DNA of 64,000 nucleotides, from assembly GCA_951406725.2 (NCBI GenBank), contig OX597817.1:134416001-134480000 (forward strand), in the 5' to 3' direction. The notes below the pieces were generated by a model that was given only the letters and a program-made list of their open reading frames with translations, had not been told where the DNA came from and searched no databases. Shown here one piece after another: positions 24,793 through 38,152 of the stretch (the stretch's first letter is position 1; each line of letters begins with the position of its first letter). This DNA comes from Octopus vulgaris (taxonomy: Eukaryota). The position numbers and the translations under genes were made by a program.

Positions 24793-25494
24793 GGAGGTAG
24801 GTACATAGACAGATATGTGCAGGTGTATATGCCCATATACTTATATTTAAGCACCCGTACATATATATGTGAGTGTGTGCGTGCGCATGTGCATGTTTGC
24901 GTTTGTGTGCGTGTGTGTTTGTGAGCGTGCGTGAGTATGTTTGTACGTTTGTGTGTGTATGTGTAATGCCGTCATTTGTGAGTGGATTTACTTTCACTTT
25001 CAATGATCGCTGAGTAAGAACAATTGCTTGTTAGCTTAAGACAGTTGATATTGTGATATCACCCTGTTATAGATCACACAACAGAAATGAGGTTCGATTC
25101 CCACAGACTGTTCTAGAACACATTTCTTTTCTCTTTTTATAATTTATATATAGATATATCTTCGTGTTTGTGCATGAATATATATTTGTATGTGTGCATG
25201 TGAGACGGGCTTTCTGATAGTTTTTGCCCAAAATATTCAACTTACAAGACATTAGTGAAGAAAAGGCATTTGTCCAAAATGCCGGAGATTGGGATGGAAC
25301 TCGGAACACCTCGGTAGAGAAAAGAACATCATCAGACAGCCAGTTCACAATTGCATTTATGTTTTAAACTATAAATATCTAATCAGAAAATAAAGTAAAA
25401 TTACATCGCCACCAGTTATTGAACGACGACAGGAATATCATTACAAGAGGGACTTATCTCTCCTATCACTTCGCAGTGCCTGTCTTTCCGGTCT

Positions 25495-25542
25495 CTGTTT
25501 CTGAAGAGTAGATAACCACTCCGAAATGCATGAATCCAACAG
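25495..25542 (+). ncRNA. degenerate hammerhead-like motif
   Basis: CTGTT-t-CTGAAGA...CCGAAAT...ATC-c-AACAG; stem II damaged. Confidence 0.35.
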
Positions 25543-26488
25543 TCTAGGCAGTGGGAGGGGTTGCAATTTGTCTACAGCGACATATTTATCCCTGACAAAA
25601 TACAGTAAATGGCTTTCTTACAGCTTTGAATATGTGTCAAACATATTTGAATTGATAACTTGTAAGTATAAACATATATGCATATGCAGCAGGATTCTAC
25701 ACAGTTTCCACCAACCAAATTCACTAAAAAAAACTTGGTCAATCCAGGGCATGCGCACTAGGACCGAACACGAAGCCACGTGGTTTCAATGCAAATTTCT
25801 TAAAGGGTACCTGTAACATAGAATTAATTTTATTTTTATGATTCCAAGGTCAATAGCCTATATCAGTGGGTTTGAACTTGGCTCACTACAGGCATCTAAC
25901 TCTTTATGTATGGATGCTTGACTTTGAGTCAATCTTTAGAACAATCAATAACCCAAATTGTGTAAATATTTATATGGCCGACATAATATTTCTATGACAT
26001 TTTGCTGGCAGTGTTTGGAATGTTGACTGATAAATGCAGCAATCAGTAGATCGCTTCAATAGAATACGTTCCGGTATTTAGTTGTCTCCCTTTGTTTGTT
26101 CTAATTTCAAATCCCAGCGCGCTCGTCTCTGCCTTTGAATTTCATGAATCTGAGGTCGATAAAACGAAGTACGAATCAGCTGATGGGGTCGTTATGATCG
26201 ACTCTGCCTGCATCCATAATCGGCGGCGGCCTTTTGCCAGTGTGAGAAATCAATATTTAGAGAAACCAACAATCACTAAATATACATATGTATGTGTGTG
26301 TGTGTACACACACACACACAAATATATATATATATATATATATGTTCAGATTGGTGATAATATAAATATATGCATAGAATCATACATACACACGCAAACA
26401 TAATATATATACATACATATATTCACACATACAAATATAAATATATATGTGCCTGTATGTGTATGTACATTTACATATTAATGAAAAC

Positions 26489-26519
<31 letters not shown>

Positions 26520-27139
26520 CATCCATCCACGCATATATAATAATATGCACAGAGGTTGGATTTTGTGTATGTATATATATATATATATAGGGGCATGCGC
26601 GCCCACGCACACACACACACACACACACTTGAGATTAGATGAATGCAATCACATTCGTGATTCCGATCGATACCAATATTTACATTTGTTCAGCAGAACA
26701 CAATTTTCCAGTTATTCATTATTGTGGCAGTTGATGAAATCTTATGAATTCTTTCGCTGACCGTAGCGATTCTGTGGCAATGAATGCCATAAATTGGTGA
26801 CACATCCAGTGCTCAATCGTTTCTCTATAAAAATAAACAATCTGCCGAACAGATCTGTCTTAAAGTTAGTCTTAGTATACTAGCAACGCCATTTGGTAGT
26901 AAATTATAGCAGAACAAAACACTAATTTCAGGAACGAAAAGAAAGAAAGAAAAAAGCAAGAAAACTGTGAGTATTTGTAATATTCTGATTCGAAATAGCG
27001 AAATATAATTCCTTAATTGGTGACAGGTTGTGTACATGAAAATACAATACAAATGGTTTTATGAACTATTTGAATTCCGTTTTCAGATATTGAGTTTGGT
27101 TGTTCTGTACTAATACAAGGAAAGAAGGAAAGAAGGAGG

Positions 27140-27174
27140 GTTTAACGTTTCGAGCGGAGCTCTTCGTCAGAAAC
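27140..27174 (-). ncRNA. minimal type-I hammerhead ribozyme motif
   Basis: Minus strand GTTT-CTGACGA-A-GAGC-TCC-GCTC-GAAACGTT-AAAC; stems fully paired. Confidence 0.75.
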
Positions 27175-27309
27175 ATAGTAAAAGGAAAGATCCAAGGAAG
27201 GGAAGACGGAGGAAAAAATCGCCAACGGTACACACGCGGTCACATAATGAACTCTTTCATCTGTTTTTACGTATGCGCTGCCGACAACCTACTCTTTCTT
27301 TGTCAGCCA

Positions 27310-27710
27310 TAATACTTATGTCGAATGTAACATTTAAGTCCCACCGACGTTTTGCAAATAAGTCCACAGATGTTGCAAGTATGAGGATTACAGGACAGTG
27401 CAGGTGGTATATTTGCAGCCGATTTTCTCCTTTGCTTTGCACCCCAAAACCTGTTAATGCTGGTTGCAAAAAATATTTCAATACCATTTTGACACTAGGG
27501 TTTCGATTTTGTTCATCACAAGGCTGTTCACCGAAAGGTTTTGAGCTGTCTTTATTGCCAAGAGGTTACTCTTCAGCTTGTCCTTATATCTGAGTCATGG
27601 TCAACCAAATTTCGTATGCCAACCATCAAGCTGGCTGTACATGAGGACTTTGGGATTTCTTTCCTCACCCATTCTGACGACATAGCCAGCCCAGCGTAAT
27701 TGTGATCACA
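27310..27710 (-). mobile_element. RTE LINE C-terminal fragment
   Basis: LRWAGYVVRMGEERNPKVLMYSQL...LRYKDKLKSNL...TCNICGLICKTSVGLKCYIR. Confidence 0.78.
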
Positions 27711-27844
27711 TAAGAAGACTCACGATTTCACCAATCTTACACTTGCTAAACAGATCGTCATTAGAAACTCTGTCTTTTAGTGAATAACAGCAGATTATCC
27801 TCAGACAACCTTTGTAGAAGATGTCTAGTTGTCTAATGTGTCAT

Positions 27845-28276
27845 CTATAGAATGTATTCCTAGGATACAAGGCCAGCAATTTCGAGAGATGGAGGAAGAC
27901 AATTACAACGACTGCAGGGCTTAACTGGGGCTTACCATATAGAACCCGAACGAAGTAGAGGCAACGTCGACCATAGCGTAATTTGAAGTAAGAAAGCAGA
28001 GGACGACGAAATGCCGTTCCGCGCCTTAATGATAATATTATTTCAAATTTTGGCACAGCGCCAGCAAGTTCGGGGAAGGGATTCAGTCAGTACATATCGA
28101 CATCAGTATTCAGCTGGTACAATTTTTATCACCCCGAAACGATGAGAGGCAGACTGCGGTCGATTCGAACTCAGAACGTGAAAACTGACGAACTGCCGCT
28201 AAGCATTTTGCTCGGCGCTTGTTAACGATTCTACTAGCTCACCGCCGTAGTAATAATAATAATAATAATGATGTTG

Positions 28277-28330
<54 letters not shown>

Positions 28331-28777
28331 GTTTCAAATTTTGCCACAAGAGCAGCCATGTTAGGAAAGGAGATGAGTCAATTATATCGAACACCAGTGT
28401 TCCACTGGTACTTAATTTATCGACCGCAAAAGGATGAAAGACAAAGTCAATCTCGGAGGAATTTGAACTCAGAATGTAGCGACGAGCGAAATATCGCTAA
28501 GCATTTCGCCCGGTGTGCTCATGGTTCTACTAACTCGCCGCCTCAATATTAATAATAACCCTTTCCACTATAGGCACAAGGCTTGAGATTTTTGGGGAGG
28601 TGGGGCAGTTGATTACATCGACCTCAGTACGCAACTGGTACTTAATTTATCGACCCCGAAAGAGTGAAAGGGAAAGTCGACCTCAGAGTAATTTGAACTC
28701 AGAACGTAAAGACAGACGAAACACAGCTAAGTATTTCGCCTGGTGTGCTAATAATTCTGCAAGCTCGACGCCTTAAA

Positions 28778-28840
<63 letters not shown>
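27845..28840 (-). mobile_element. tandem run of four family B SINEs separated by (AAT)n tracts
   Basis: Repeated TGGTACTTAATTTATCGACC...GAACTCAGAA.GT...CTCGCCGCC units; (AAT)n at about 28250-28329 and 28780-28840. Confidence 0.8.
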
Positions 28841-28842
<2 letters not shown>

Positions 28843-30534
28843 AAGCAATAGAAAACAAGGTTTATTCTGATCCGGGCATTAGTAGATGTCTACGATTTAC
28901 TCATTCCGGTGATAACTGCTAAAATGGCTTTGTCCAGACCTCTGCTAGGGTCGTATGTAGAATTAGGATAAATCATATCTTTTTTAGACGAAGTGTTCGG
29001 TCAATCCGAAGCTGTGAATTACAAAGCTTTGATCAACCTGATGCTAATATGAAACAAACCTTTGGCAGGTCCAGGAATATTGTTAAAAATAAGGTATTGA
29101 TGAGATCTGGTTATTAGTATGTAATTGCGTTTTGCTCAGCCTGTTGCTAACAAGGAAAAATCTTCGATCAGACCGGTTCTAGATTCGAACTTAAAGAAAT
29201 GACAAAAGAAGACTATTTCATAAGACAACTTCCGCTTATCCCTAGAAGATGCTAAGGCCTTCATCAGTTTGATGTCACAAGTAACAAAGTTTTTACAGAT
29301 GAAAACAACGTTTGGTCAGGTCTGAGCATAAGATTTGTTCAACCTTATGCTATCAGTTGAAAAAGATAGACTCGAATATAAGGTCAGGGCAAAACAATGT
29401 TAGTTTAGAAGAAGATTTTCTGAAACCGAGTGGAGCCGATGCGGTTAGAATGAACAAGTATATCCTCAGGTTAGAGACATTAGCCTTAATATTCGTAACG
29501 GAATGGATCCCACTAAATGCATCCATGAGTCCATAGGTGGAGTTAACCTGATGACAGATTAATAACACTCTCACAAAATAGGGATTGCTTCTTTCTCATT
29601 GGCATCCACCCAGTTTCTGCCAGCCATATTATATTACAAGACATTGAACAACCCAAGATTATGGTAGAAGGCCCCTACCCATGGTTGCCCATGGTGCCCA
29701 TGGTACTACATAATGGGGTTGGACTCAAAACCATATATTTACTAAGCGGACTTACTAACTACACAGCCACAGCCCCACCCGTTTACTTTTACCCTTAAAA
29801 GCGAACAATTGTTTATTAAACATAACAACACTCTTTGCTGTTTTTAGACCAGTTTTGTTGTTTTTACTCTAAAGAATGTACACACCCATACACTGTGATG
29901 AGGAATAATCTCATTCATAAATAATGATTTATAACATTTTGAGAATCCATATTTTATTAGAGCTCTCAAGATTATTTTTCTGTCTCGCCATTTTTTTAGG
30001 CTTTTAGAATCAAATATTATGTTTCTGGATGGCTTTTCTTACAGCCTTAGCAAAGCCAAATAGATGATAAATCCATTTAGAGACCGTCTATTAACTAATA
30101 AGATAACATCATAATTAAATATCGCCTTTATTTATATTAACAACTTCAAATTAGAAAACTGTAGTATTTTTACTTTTGCGTAGTCATAGCTGTCGTCGTC
30201 GTTGTTGTTGTTGTTATTGTTTAACCTTTGTTCAATTTCAATAGTAACAACGCATTTGTAACTAGACTACAGAATACTACCACCCAACAAGAAGCATCCA
30301 CACAGTCACTCGACATGCTAGTAAAGGCAACCAAATTTTCTTGTGATCAAATCTCGCCAGCATTCTTAATTAGATAAGCACTTCGCAATCTTAGAGATCT
30401 TCAACCGCGACTATTCCTTTCTGATTGGCGCGATAGTCTTTGCATGGTGAGCTTCACACTCTATTTGCATTTTGAAGTTTCACTTACGTGACAGTATTGC
30501 AGGCCTATCCGTCTTCAAACTATATTTACAGAGG

Positions 30535-31128
30535 TGGCAAGGAATAATCCGAGAGAGCTAGGGGACTATATGCTGGGTGTGACATCAGTTCGATGTCTTC
30601 AACTACTTGGAGTCTATTCCGGGTCCTTTGAGCGGTATGAAGTCTTACGTTGTCTTGCTGCAGAAGATCTCACTTTTTGTAAATCAATGATGGATATTTT
30701 TGCCTCACAATGGCATAGTTCGACCTTGAGTTATCCCTTCAGATTTGCACCAGATGCACAGCATCACCTTGCGTTCGAAACGCCCATGTCTGGCAACAGA
30801 TGCAGGAGCTGGCTCTTGCTTAATCGCTGCTTTTGCACATTAAGATTGCAGGAAAATATCTCCCTCGATTAATTACTTGCTCCGCTCCATGGCTCACGTC
30901 CTGCACTCACGACGCTTCATCAACCAAGAAGTAGAAGCTTCAGGTAAAGAGTTCTTCACCTTGGAGGACAAGAACTGGTATCGGTGTGGAATCAAAGAAC
31001 TAGCAAAACGGTGGCTTCAGACACTGCAACACGATGGCTTTTTCTTTGAATGCTAGTTTGCTTTTGTTGGGACGCGGAAAATAAAGCAAATAAGCTACCA
31101 AAATACTCCAAAACTTTTGATTCAACAC
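30535..31128. mobile_element. mariner transposase remnant with internal inversion
   Basis: Minus strand LLQQDNVRLHTAQRTR...HPAYSPLALSDY (30535-30860); plus strand continues YLLRSMAHVL...WYRCGIKELAKRWLQTLQHDGFFFEC*. Confidence 0.8.
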
Positions 31129-32371
31129 AACTCTAGAAGCTAACAAATACCTCTAAGTTTTATTATTGCTGCTAGTAAGAGCGATTAGTTATAGACTGTC
31201 GGTAGATTGGTAGATTGGTTTGTGTTTGGGATTTTGTTTCATGGTCGTGTTTCAATAACATGTTGACAAGTCACGAACAGACAATCCTTCGTTTGGTAGA
31301 CAACCATTATATAAAGTTGAAGAGATCTCACTCACGCTGGAGTGCTGTTAAGTATAAAATAGTGCGGCAAACTTCAAGTTCAGACTAATATCGAAAGTAG
31401 ATACTCCAGCTAAGTAACCTGCAGACCTCTCGCAATACTGTTATCTACTTGTTCCTCGCAACAAAGATTTTCTCTAATATATATTCATGTATTTGATTTA
31501 GTTAATGATAATCGATAATCCGATATTTCTTATTGTAAATGGTGCTGCTTCTTCGTAGGGTGACCTAAATTAAATAAAGAAACGGAAAAATAGCCAAGAG
31601 CTCTTTACTATATCGAGAGTCCATCATAGGTTTCCTCGTCTGCTAGAGTCAAAGTGTAATGAAATACTAGCAAAGCAATCAGCCCTTCTCTCGAGTGTCT
31701 CTGGTACAACATTCGCCGTATCACATTTAGCACTAAAGCAAAAATGTATTGCTTTCTTCGGTGACAAATAAATAAACCACCTCTTCAGAACGTAGAAAAC
31801 TTATATTTACTATTTGAGCTGTAGCTCTCGTCGATTTAATAAAAATATCTCATACTTTAGAAATAGGCATTTAGTGGAAATTAACTGATCTGTTATTAAA
31901 TTATGTGAATGAAATTGGCGAATCAAGCAGCATAACAGAACATGATCTTCAACATACTCGACAACACGCGCCTTACAAACAACGTCAACCTAATAATACG
32001 CCGTGTTGTTCTGATAAAATATTTCTCAAGCCAGCTTCAACGAATACTTGTTGATTTACAGACACATCACGTGCTTTTTCTTCACTCACGTTGAAACAGT
32101 AACATGTTATCTTGGTTCAATTTCCGGAAAGTGGTTTGATTAACTTGTTTGGCTGTTGGTCTTCTAACAATTATTTATATTTTCCTTTCAAACTTTATAT
32201 TTATTTTGTTGGGTTTTTTTTCACCTTACAGTCGTTTCTCTTCTTTTTTCTACTTTTCCATCCATCCATCCATCCTTCCTTCCTTCCTCCCTTCCTTCCT
32301 TCCTTTCTCCATATTATCTATCTCTATTTCTCCTCCTTCTTTGAATCTTCTTTTTCGTCAATGCCGTCCTG

Positions 32372-32477
32372 ATCATCGTCGTCGTCATCGTCGTCATCAT
32401 CGTTGTCTTCTTCTTCTTCTTCTTCTTCTTCTTCTTCTTCTTCTTCTTCTTCTTCTTCTTCTTCTTCTTCTTCTTCT
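32372..32477. repeat. (TCG/TCA)n plus (CTT)n trinucleotide tract
   Basis: Directly visible. Confidence 0.95.
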
Positions 32478-33677
32478 CCAAACCACTTTCTCTCCTCTTC
32501 CATCGCCTTCATATCATTATTTTCTTATATCATAACCTTTACTTTCTCTTTACTCCCTATTTATTTTCTTTTAAACTCTTCGTTTTTTCCCCAAAACTTT
32601 AATGAGTTTTTCGACAAAGAAAACAAATTTTCTATGACATATGTCTAATTCACTTATGCTTAACATCTGGTCGCCCTTCACGAGTTTACTTTCGACTTCC
32701 TGAATTAATTTGCTAAGAAATTAAAGGAAATGAAATTATATAGTGCTAGAGCGTGCAAGTAAAACTTTGCAACAAACAGTCCGAACGACGTACCAACTGA
32801 AAGGACAACAAATTTATATTTGCTTATGGTTGTAGCTTTGTGATTCTGTGATGTGATTGTTGTCATCAACAAACTGCCTGCATAGTTCTCTTCGTCAGGC
32901 AAAACAAATAAATAAAATAAATAATTGGTGCTTCCATACCTAATTCTATACATCCTGAAATATACACGTCCTACACTGGAAAGAAGTGGAAATAGAATCA
33001 ACTGGGACTTGCTGCTAGTCACTACGCAGATCACTTTGAACTTCAATTCTCGTTGACGTAAACCTCTGTCTATGAGCTTGAAACTTGAGGGAGAATAGGG
33101 GTTTATGCGAGAGATGCACCAAGTTGGATGTCTTTGTATTGGAGCCCTATCACGTGATGGAGTGTCATTTGGAGACTTTTATGCTGTTACACTGGAACTG
33201 GATCAAAACTATGTCCGCACCAAATAAAACGATATATATTCTGGGAAATTGCATCGAGTGTTCTCGGCACTTGATCCAAGAATCCGACACCAGAAACAAA
33301 TTGGCCCTGAATAAATTTGGTAAATGAAAAGAAATTTTGACAAGATTCCAATCCATCCATTTATTACAGAGATGAATAACAGTCAACCAACTCCCTCTTT
33401 TTATGTTTTTTACCTTTTTCATTGGCACCTTAATTAGCAGCAACAAAAATATCGGGAATTGCTTCTGTAACTAGATATAGACAAACTAAATACAGAAATT
33501 GGAATGAGGAAATGAAAAGTCAGAAAAAATGGTTATTAAAAAAGTTGGTGTTGAAACGCAAATTTTTCTAAATTAATTGATGTATTGGATGTCTCTACAA
33601 TCATCGTCGTTAAAATCATCATCATCATCATCATTATTATCACAACTATCATCCTCATCTTCATTATCATCACTACC

Positions 33678-33709
<32 letters not shown>

Positions 33710-34011
33710 GTTATGGTTGAGGTTTGCTCTGATTCGCATGACTCTGATCCTCTACCAATCATCTTCTCTGGTATGTGATAATTCCTCTTATTAACATCCA
33801 CTGCCGTTAGATATCCATCGGTATACGTCTTCAAAACGAGACCAATGTGAGTATAGCCATGTGCAGATGTCCAAGCTAAGGTGCCATAAAACAATTCCTT
33901 CTTACTTATCTCTAACAATATTCAAGTGTCATATTTATTCAACTTCTCGCATGATTCTACGAAAACGAGAAAATGTGTATACAGATTTCTTAGTCTGTTT
34001 TCTCTTCGTGA

Positions 34012-34655
34012 AGGCGCGTGGATCAGTGGTTAAGAGCATTCAGCTCACGGCAGTGAGCTCGTGAGTTCGATTCCCGGCGGTGCGTTGTGTCCTAGAGCAA
34101 GATACTTCAATTCACGCTGCTCCTGTTCACTCAGCTGGCAAAAAAACGAGCTTTACCTGTATTTCAAAGGGGCCAGCCTTGTCACACTGTGTTATGTTGG
34201 ATCTCCCCGAGAACTACATTAAGGGCACGTATGTCTGTAGAGTGCGTATATATATATATACGCACTCTACAGACATACGTACCCTTAATGTAGTTCTCGG
34301 GGAGATCCAGCATATATATATATACATACATATATAAGGCGAGCTGGCAGAAACGTTAGCACGCCGGGCGAAATGCGTAGCCGTATTTCGTCTGCCGCTA
34401 CGTTCTGAGTTCAAATTCCGCCGAGGTCGACTTTGCCTTTCATCCTTTCGGGGTCGATAAATTAAGTACTGGGGTTGATGTAATCGACTTAATCTGTGTG
34501 TCTGTACTTGTTTGTCCTCTCTGTGTTTAGCTCCTTGTGGGTAGTAAAGAAATACTATGTCTGTGGAGTACTCAGCCACTTGCACGATAATTTCACGAGC
34601 TGGCTGTTCTGTTAATCAGATCAACTGGAACCCTCGTCGTAACTGACGGAGAGCC
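34012..34655 (+). mobile_element. family C-related/CORE SINE interrupted by a foldback and a family B SINE (34337-34552)
   Basis: tRNA head 34012-34080; body to 34246 resumes at 34557 (TATGTCTGTGGAGTACTCAGCCAC). Confidence 0.8.
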
Positions 34656-34759
34656 AGTTTTTCTCTTCTGTACCTCACCCCTTCTTTCATTCATTCCTTT
34701 TCTTCTCTTTCCTTTTCTCCTCTCCCCAGAGACTATACCTACATGAAAGTAAACTTACC

Positions 34760-34936
34760 TATTTCTTTATTACCCACAAGGGGCTAAACATAGAGGGGAC
34801 AAACAAGGACAGTCATAGGTATTAAGTCGATTACATTGACCCCAGTGCGTAACTGGTACTTTAATTTATGGACCCCGAAAGGATGAAAGGCAAAGTCGAC
34901 CTCGGCGGAATTTGAACTCAGAACGTAACGACAGAC
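34760..34936 (-). mobile_element. 5'-truncated family B SINE with Tx1-like tail and 15-bp TSD
   Basis: GAAAGTAAACTTACC at 34745-34759 and 34937-34951. Confidence 0.88.
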
Positions 34937-35149
34937 GAAAGTAAACTTACCGTCGACACTGTTCGACCGAACAACGTTTCCTTGTTTCTGTCTGGCTCTG
35001 ATTCGATTTCCCTGATGAATATTCCAAGAAGATACGAGATCGAATTTAAGGATAACATTCAAGGAAACCAGGGACGCTTTTGATATCTTCTCAATCATTT
35101 GAGAGTTTTATAAAGACAACGATAACAATTCTTTGATTTTTTAAAATTC

Positions 35150-35572
35150 TTTTACTCGTTTCTTGTCATTTGACTGCGACCATGCTGGAGCACCGCCTAT
35201 AGTCGAACAAATTGACCCCAGAACTTATTCTTTGTTAGCCTAGTACTTATTCTATCAGTTAATTATGCCGAACCGCTAGGTTACAGGGACGTAAACACAC
35301 TAAAATCGGTTGTCTAGCGATAGTGGGGGGCAAGCACAGACGCACAAATATATACATACATACATACAGACCGACAGACAGACAGACATACAGACACACA
35401 TATATGTGTGTATATATATGACGGGCTTCTTTCAGTTTCCGCCTACAAGATCTACTGACAAGGCTTTGGTCAGCCCGGGACTATAGAAGACACTTGGCCA
35501 AAATGCCACGCAGTGGGATTGAACCCGGAACCATGTGGTTGGGAAGCAAGCTTCTTACCAAACACCCACTGC
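35150..35572 (-). mobile_element. tRNA-SINE family A, full-length
   Basis: Reverse complement of 22228-22633. Confidence 0.85.
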
Positions 35573-35767
35573 TGTTTTTTTCTTATAAAACTATTTGCTT
35601 TATTTTGTTTTTAATAATACTACTTATATTTTTTACGCTAATATTTTTGCTTTGCAAGATTCTTGCTGAGATATGTGTTGAAACACCTATCGTTTCATTT
35701 GGAGATGGTCATTTTCCAATAAACACCCGCACTATTTATATGATGTTCATATTAGATTTTTGATTAT

Positions 35768-36009
35768 GGCGTATGGCGTTGTGGTTAAGAGCGCGGGCTA
35801 CTAACACCAAGATTCCGAGTTCGATTCCAGGCAGTGACCTGATTAATAATGATAATAATAACATCGAAAAATACCTTAGGAATGAGAAGCGAGGTTCGAA
35901 ATTTCTCCAAGACACCTGATAAAGGCTGGAGGGTATATCAGCCGAAACGTTGTGTTAATAACAAACAAGATGAGGAGAAATATTCGTCAAATGTAAATAA
36001 TGTAAATAA
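35768..36009 (+). mobile_element. solo tRNA-head/(AAT)n/hammerhead element
   Basis: GGCGTATGGCGTTGTGGTTAAGAGCGCGGGCTACTAAC.CC...GAGTTCGATTCC; hammerhead 35911-35956 with core mutated to CTGATAA. Confidence 0.82.
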
Positions 36010-36679
36010 CGTTCTATTGGTTTATTTGTCAGAATTATTTCGTCCTACATTCGTCTCTGATTCTATGTTTTACATGTCCCCTCTTTCTCTAGGCTAGTCC
36101 TGTCTATATATACCATTTTATATTTCTGTGGTATTTCTATCTGCGCATGCGTTTGTATCTGGATCTGTGTGTGTGTGTGTATGTATGTGTGTTTGGTGTG
36201 TGTACGTGTGTCGTGTATGCATGTATATGGGCTTCTGTATTATACTGTTTGTAACGTGTTTTTTCGTTCCCCTATTCTAACTTCAGTCGTCAGCTTGTAG
36301 GGCGGGGGTGGAGTGCCGCCGTTATTTCTCCATTCACGTATTCCGTTGAGGCTCAATCTATTTCCATTTAATCTGTCTGAGTGTTTTGTCTGTTCTATAT
36401 GTCAATAATATCCTCACATTTATGTTATCTATCGCATCCCCATGTTCTAGTTTCTACTTCAAAGTTTCTTTAACAAGCTTTCCAGAGTTAATTATTTAGT
36501 TACCCTCATATGTATCGCTCTCTCAGGAAATGCTGTAATTAAAGGAACACCTTAGACAAACATAGATTAAAGAAAGCCTTTGCTATGCCACAATCAATCC
36601 CATTTTCTATTCACTCAACGCAAAATATGTCTTACACCAAAAAATGTAACCCTCATCTTACGTTGATAATTAGAAAAAA

Positions 36680-37048
36680 TCATTTCTACTCTAGGCAAAA
36701 GGCCTTGAAAATTTTGGGGGGAAGGGGGCTAGTCTATTATATCGACTCTAGTGCGTAACTGGTACTTATTTCACCGACCTCGAAAGGTCGATGAATTAGC
36801 AGCAGACAAAATACCCGTTTCTTTGCTACCTACAAGGGGCTAAACATAGAGGGGACAAACAAGGACAGACAAACGGATTAAGTTGATTACATCGATTCCA
36901 GTGCGTAACTGGTACTTATTTAATCAACACCGAAAGGATGAAAGGCAAAGTCGACCTCGGCGGAATTTGAACTCAGAACGTAGCGGCAGACGAAATACCG
37001 CTAAGCTTTTCGTCCGACGTGCTAACGTTTCTGCCAGCTCGCCGCCTT
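36680..37048 (-). mobile_element. composite family B SINE
   Basis: Same two-tail arrangement as 11456-11850 and 12320-12660. Confidence 0.82.
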
Positions 37049-37476
37049 ATTAAATTAGAAATAATGATGTTAAAACTTGTTACTGACGTGTTAAGGGGCA
37101 TCAGACTAGCTATTCTGCCTTTTTAATTTTGCGAGACATAACTGAAGGATGGAAAGGAAACAGTTTATAAAAGGGACTAAAATACAGTGACGTATCGTGC
37201 TAAATAATTTGTGTGTCTGCTCTCGACATTAGCTTGTCTCAGTCGTACACTACTAAGATGTAAAAACTAAAGCAACAATGGCCGAGATATAATCTTAATC
37301 TTAATTGTTTCAAATTATATTATTGCCTTTATTTGTTCTCTTTCATCAGCTCTGTTAGATTGGGCTTTATTATTCTCGTCAATAACATTATCATATTATC
37401 TTTAAGTTATTTCCTTTCCGATAATTTGTGTCATTGTAACAGTCAAGTCCTATATTGTCGCAATGCTACAAATTTG

Positions 37477-37970
37477 TAGAGATGCCAGAATCGTTAGCAC
37501 GAAGGATAAAATGGTTAGAGTTCGAATTCTGCCAACGTTGAATTTGCCTTTCATCATTTCGGGTCGATAAAAGAGGTATCAGTTAAATACTGGGTAAGTG
37601 TAACCGACATAACCACTTACCCGAAATTGCTGGCCTTGTGCCAAAATTTGAAACCAATATTAACATTTATAAAAGTGTCAATAGCAGAGTTATTAGTGCG
37701 TAGGAGAAAATGCTTAGCGGTATTTGTTCCGGCGCTTTACGCTTTGAGTTCAAATTACGCCGAGATAATCATTGTGTCACATCCTCTCGGGTTTGGTCAA
37801 ATATTCTTTTCTACTCTAGTCACAAGGCCCGAAATTTTTCGGGGAGGAGGCCAGTCGATTAGATCGACTGCAGTACTCAACTGGTATTAAATTTATCGAC
37901 CCCGAAAGGATGAAAGGCAAAGTCGAGCAGGGCGAAATTTGAACTCAGAACGTAAAGACAGCCGAAATAT
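37477..37970. mobile_element. three family B SINE copies or fragments
   Basis: Cores at about 37540-37590 (+), 37700-37790 (+) and 37805-37970 (-). Confidence 0.7.
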
Positions 37971-38039
37971 CAATAAATACCACTGATTCCAAGTGTTGGC
38001 GGGAACGAACATGCACTCACACACACACACACACATTCG

Positions 38040-38152
38040 TAAACGAGCATATTGTTGACAATGTCTACGAAGTTTCAGCCACATAAGACATTGTCAAACG
38101 ATAGGTAAATTGGCTGAAACTTCGAAGTCTCTGTCGATAATATTCTTGTTTA
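38040..38152. repeat. imperfect inverted repeat, MITE-like
   Basis: About 42-bp arms: ...CGAAGTTTCAGCCA / TGGCTGAAACTTCG... Confidence 0.6.

Noticed and set aside
24522-25003. IY/CV/HT-rich ORFs here and at about 20.7, 26.4, 45.1, 57.9 and 60.3-61.2 kb
   Set aside because: Dinucleotide microsatellites lacking stop codons; not coding.
27845-28840. Regularly recurring units resembling an array
   Set aside because: Diverged SINE copies separated by (AAT)n; not CRISPR or satellite.
28860-29580. Coding-like composition segment
   Set aside because: Multiple stops in all frames and no motif I could identify; possibly an old transposon.
32324-32512. Acidic poly-E/D ORF
   Set aside because: Product of the (CTT)n/(TCG)n tract.
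35768-35835. Possible tRNA gene (also 13432-13490, 24105-24178, 47102-47175)
   Set aside because: No complete acceptor stem or T-run terminator, and always fused to a repeat body, so these are SINE heads.
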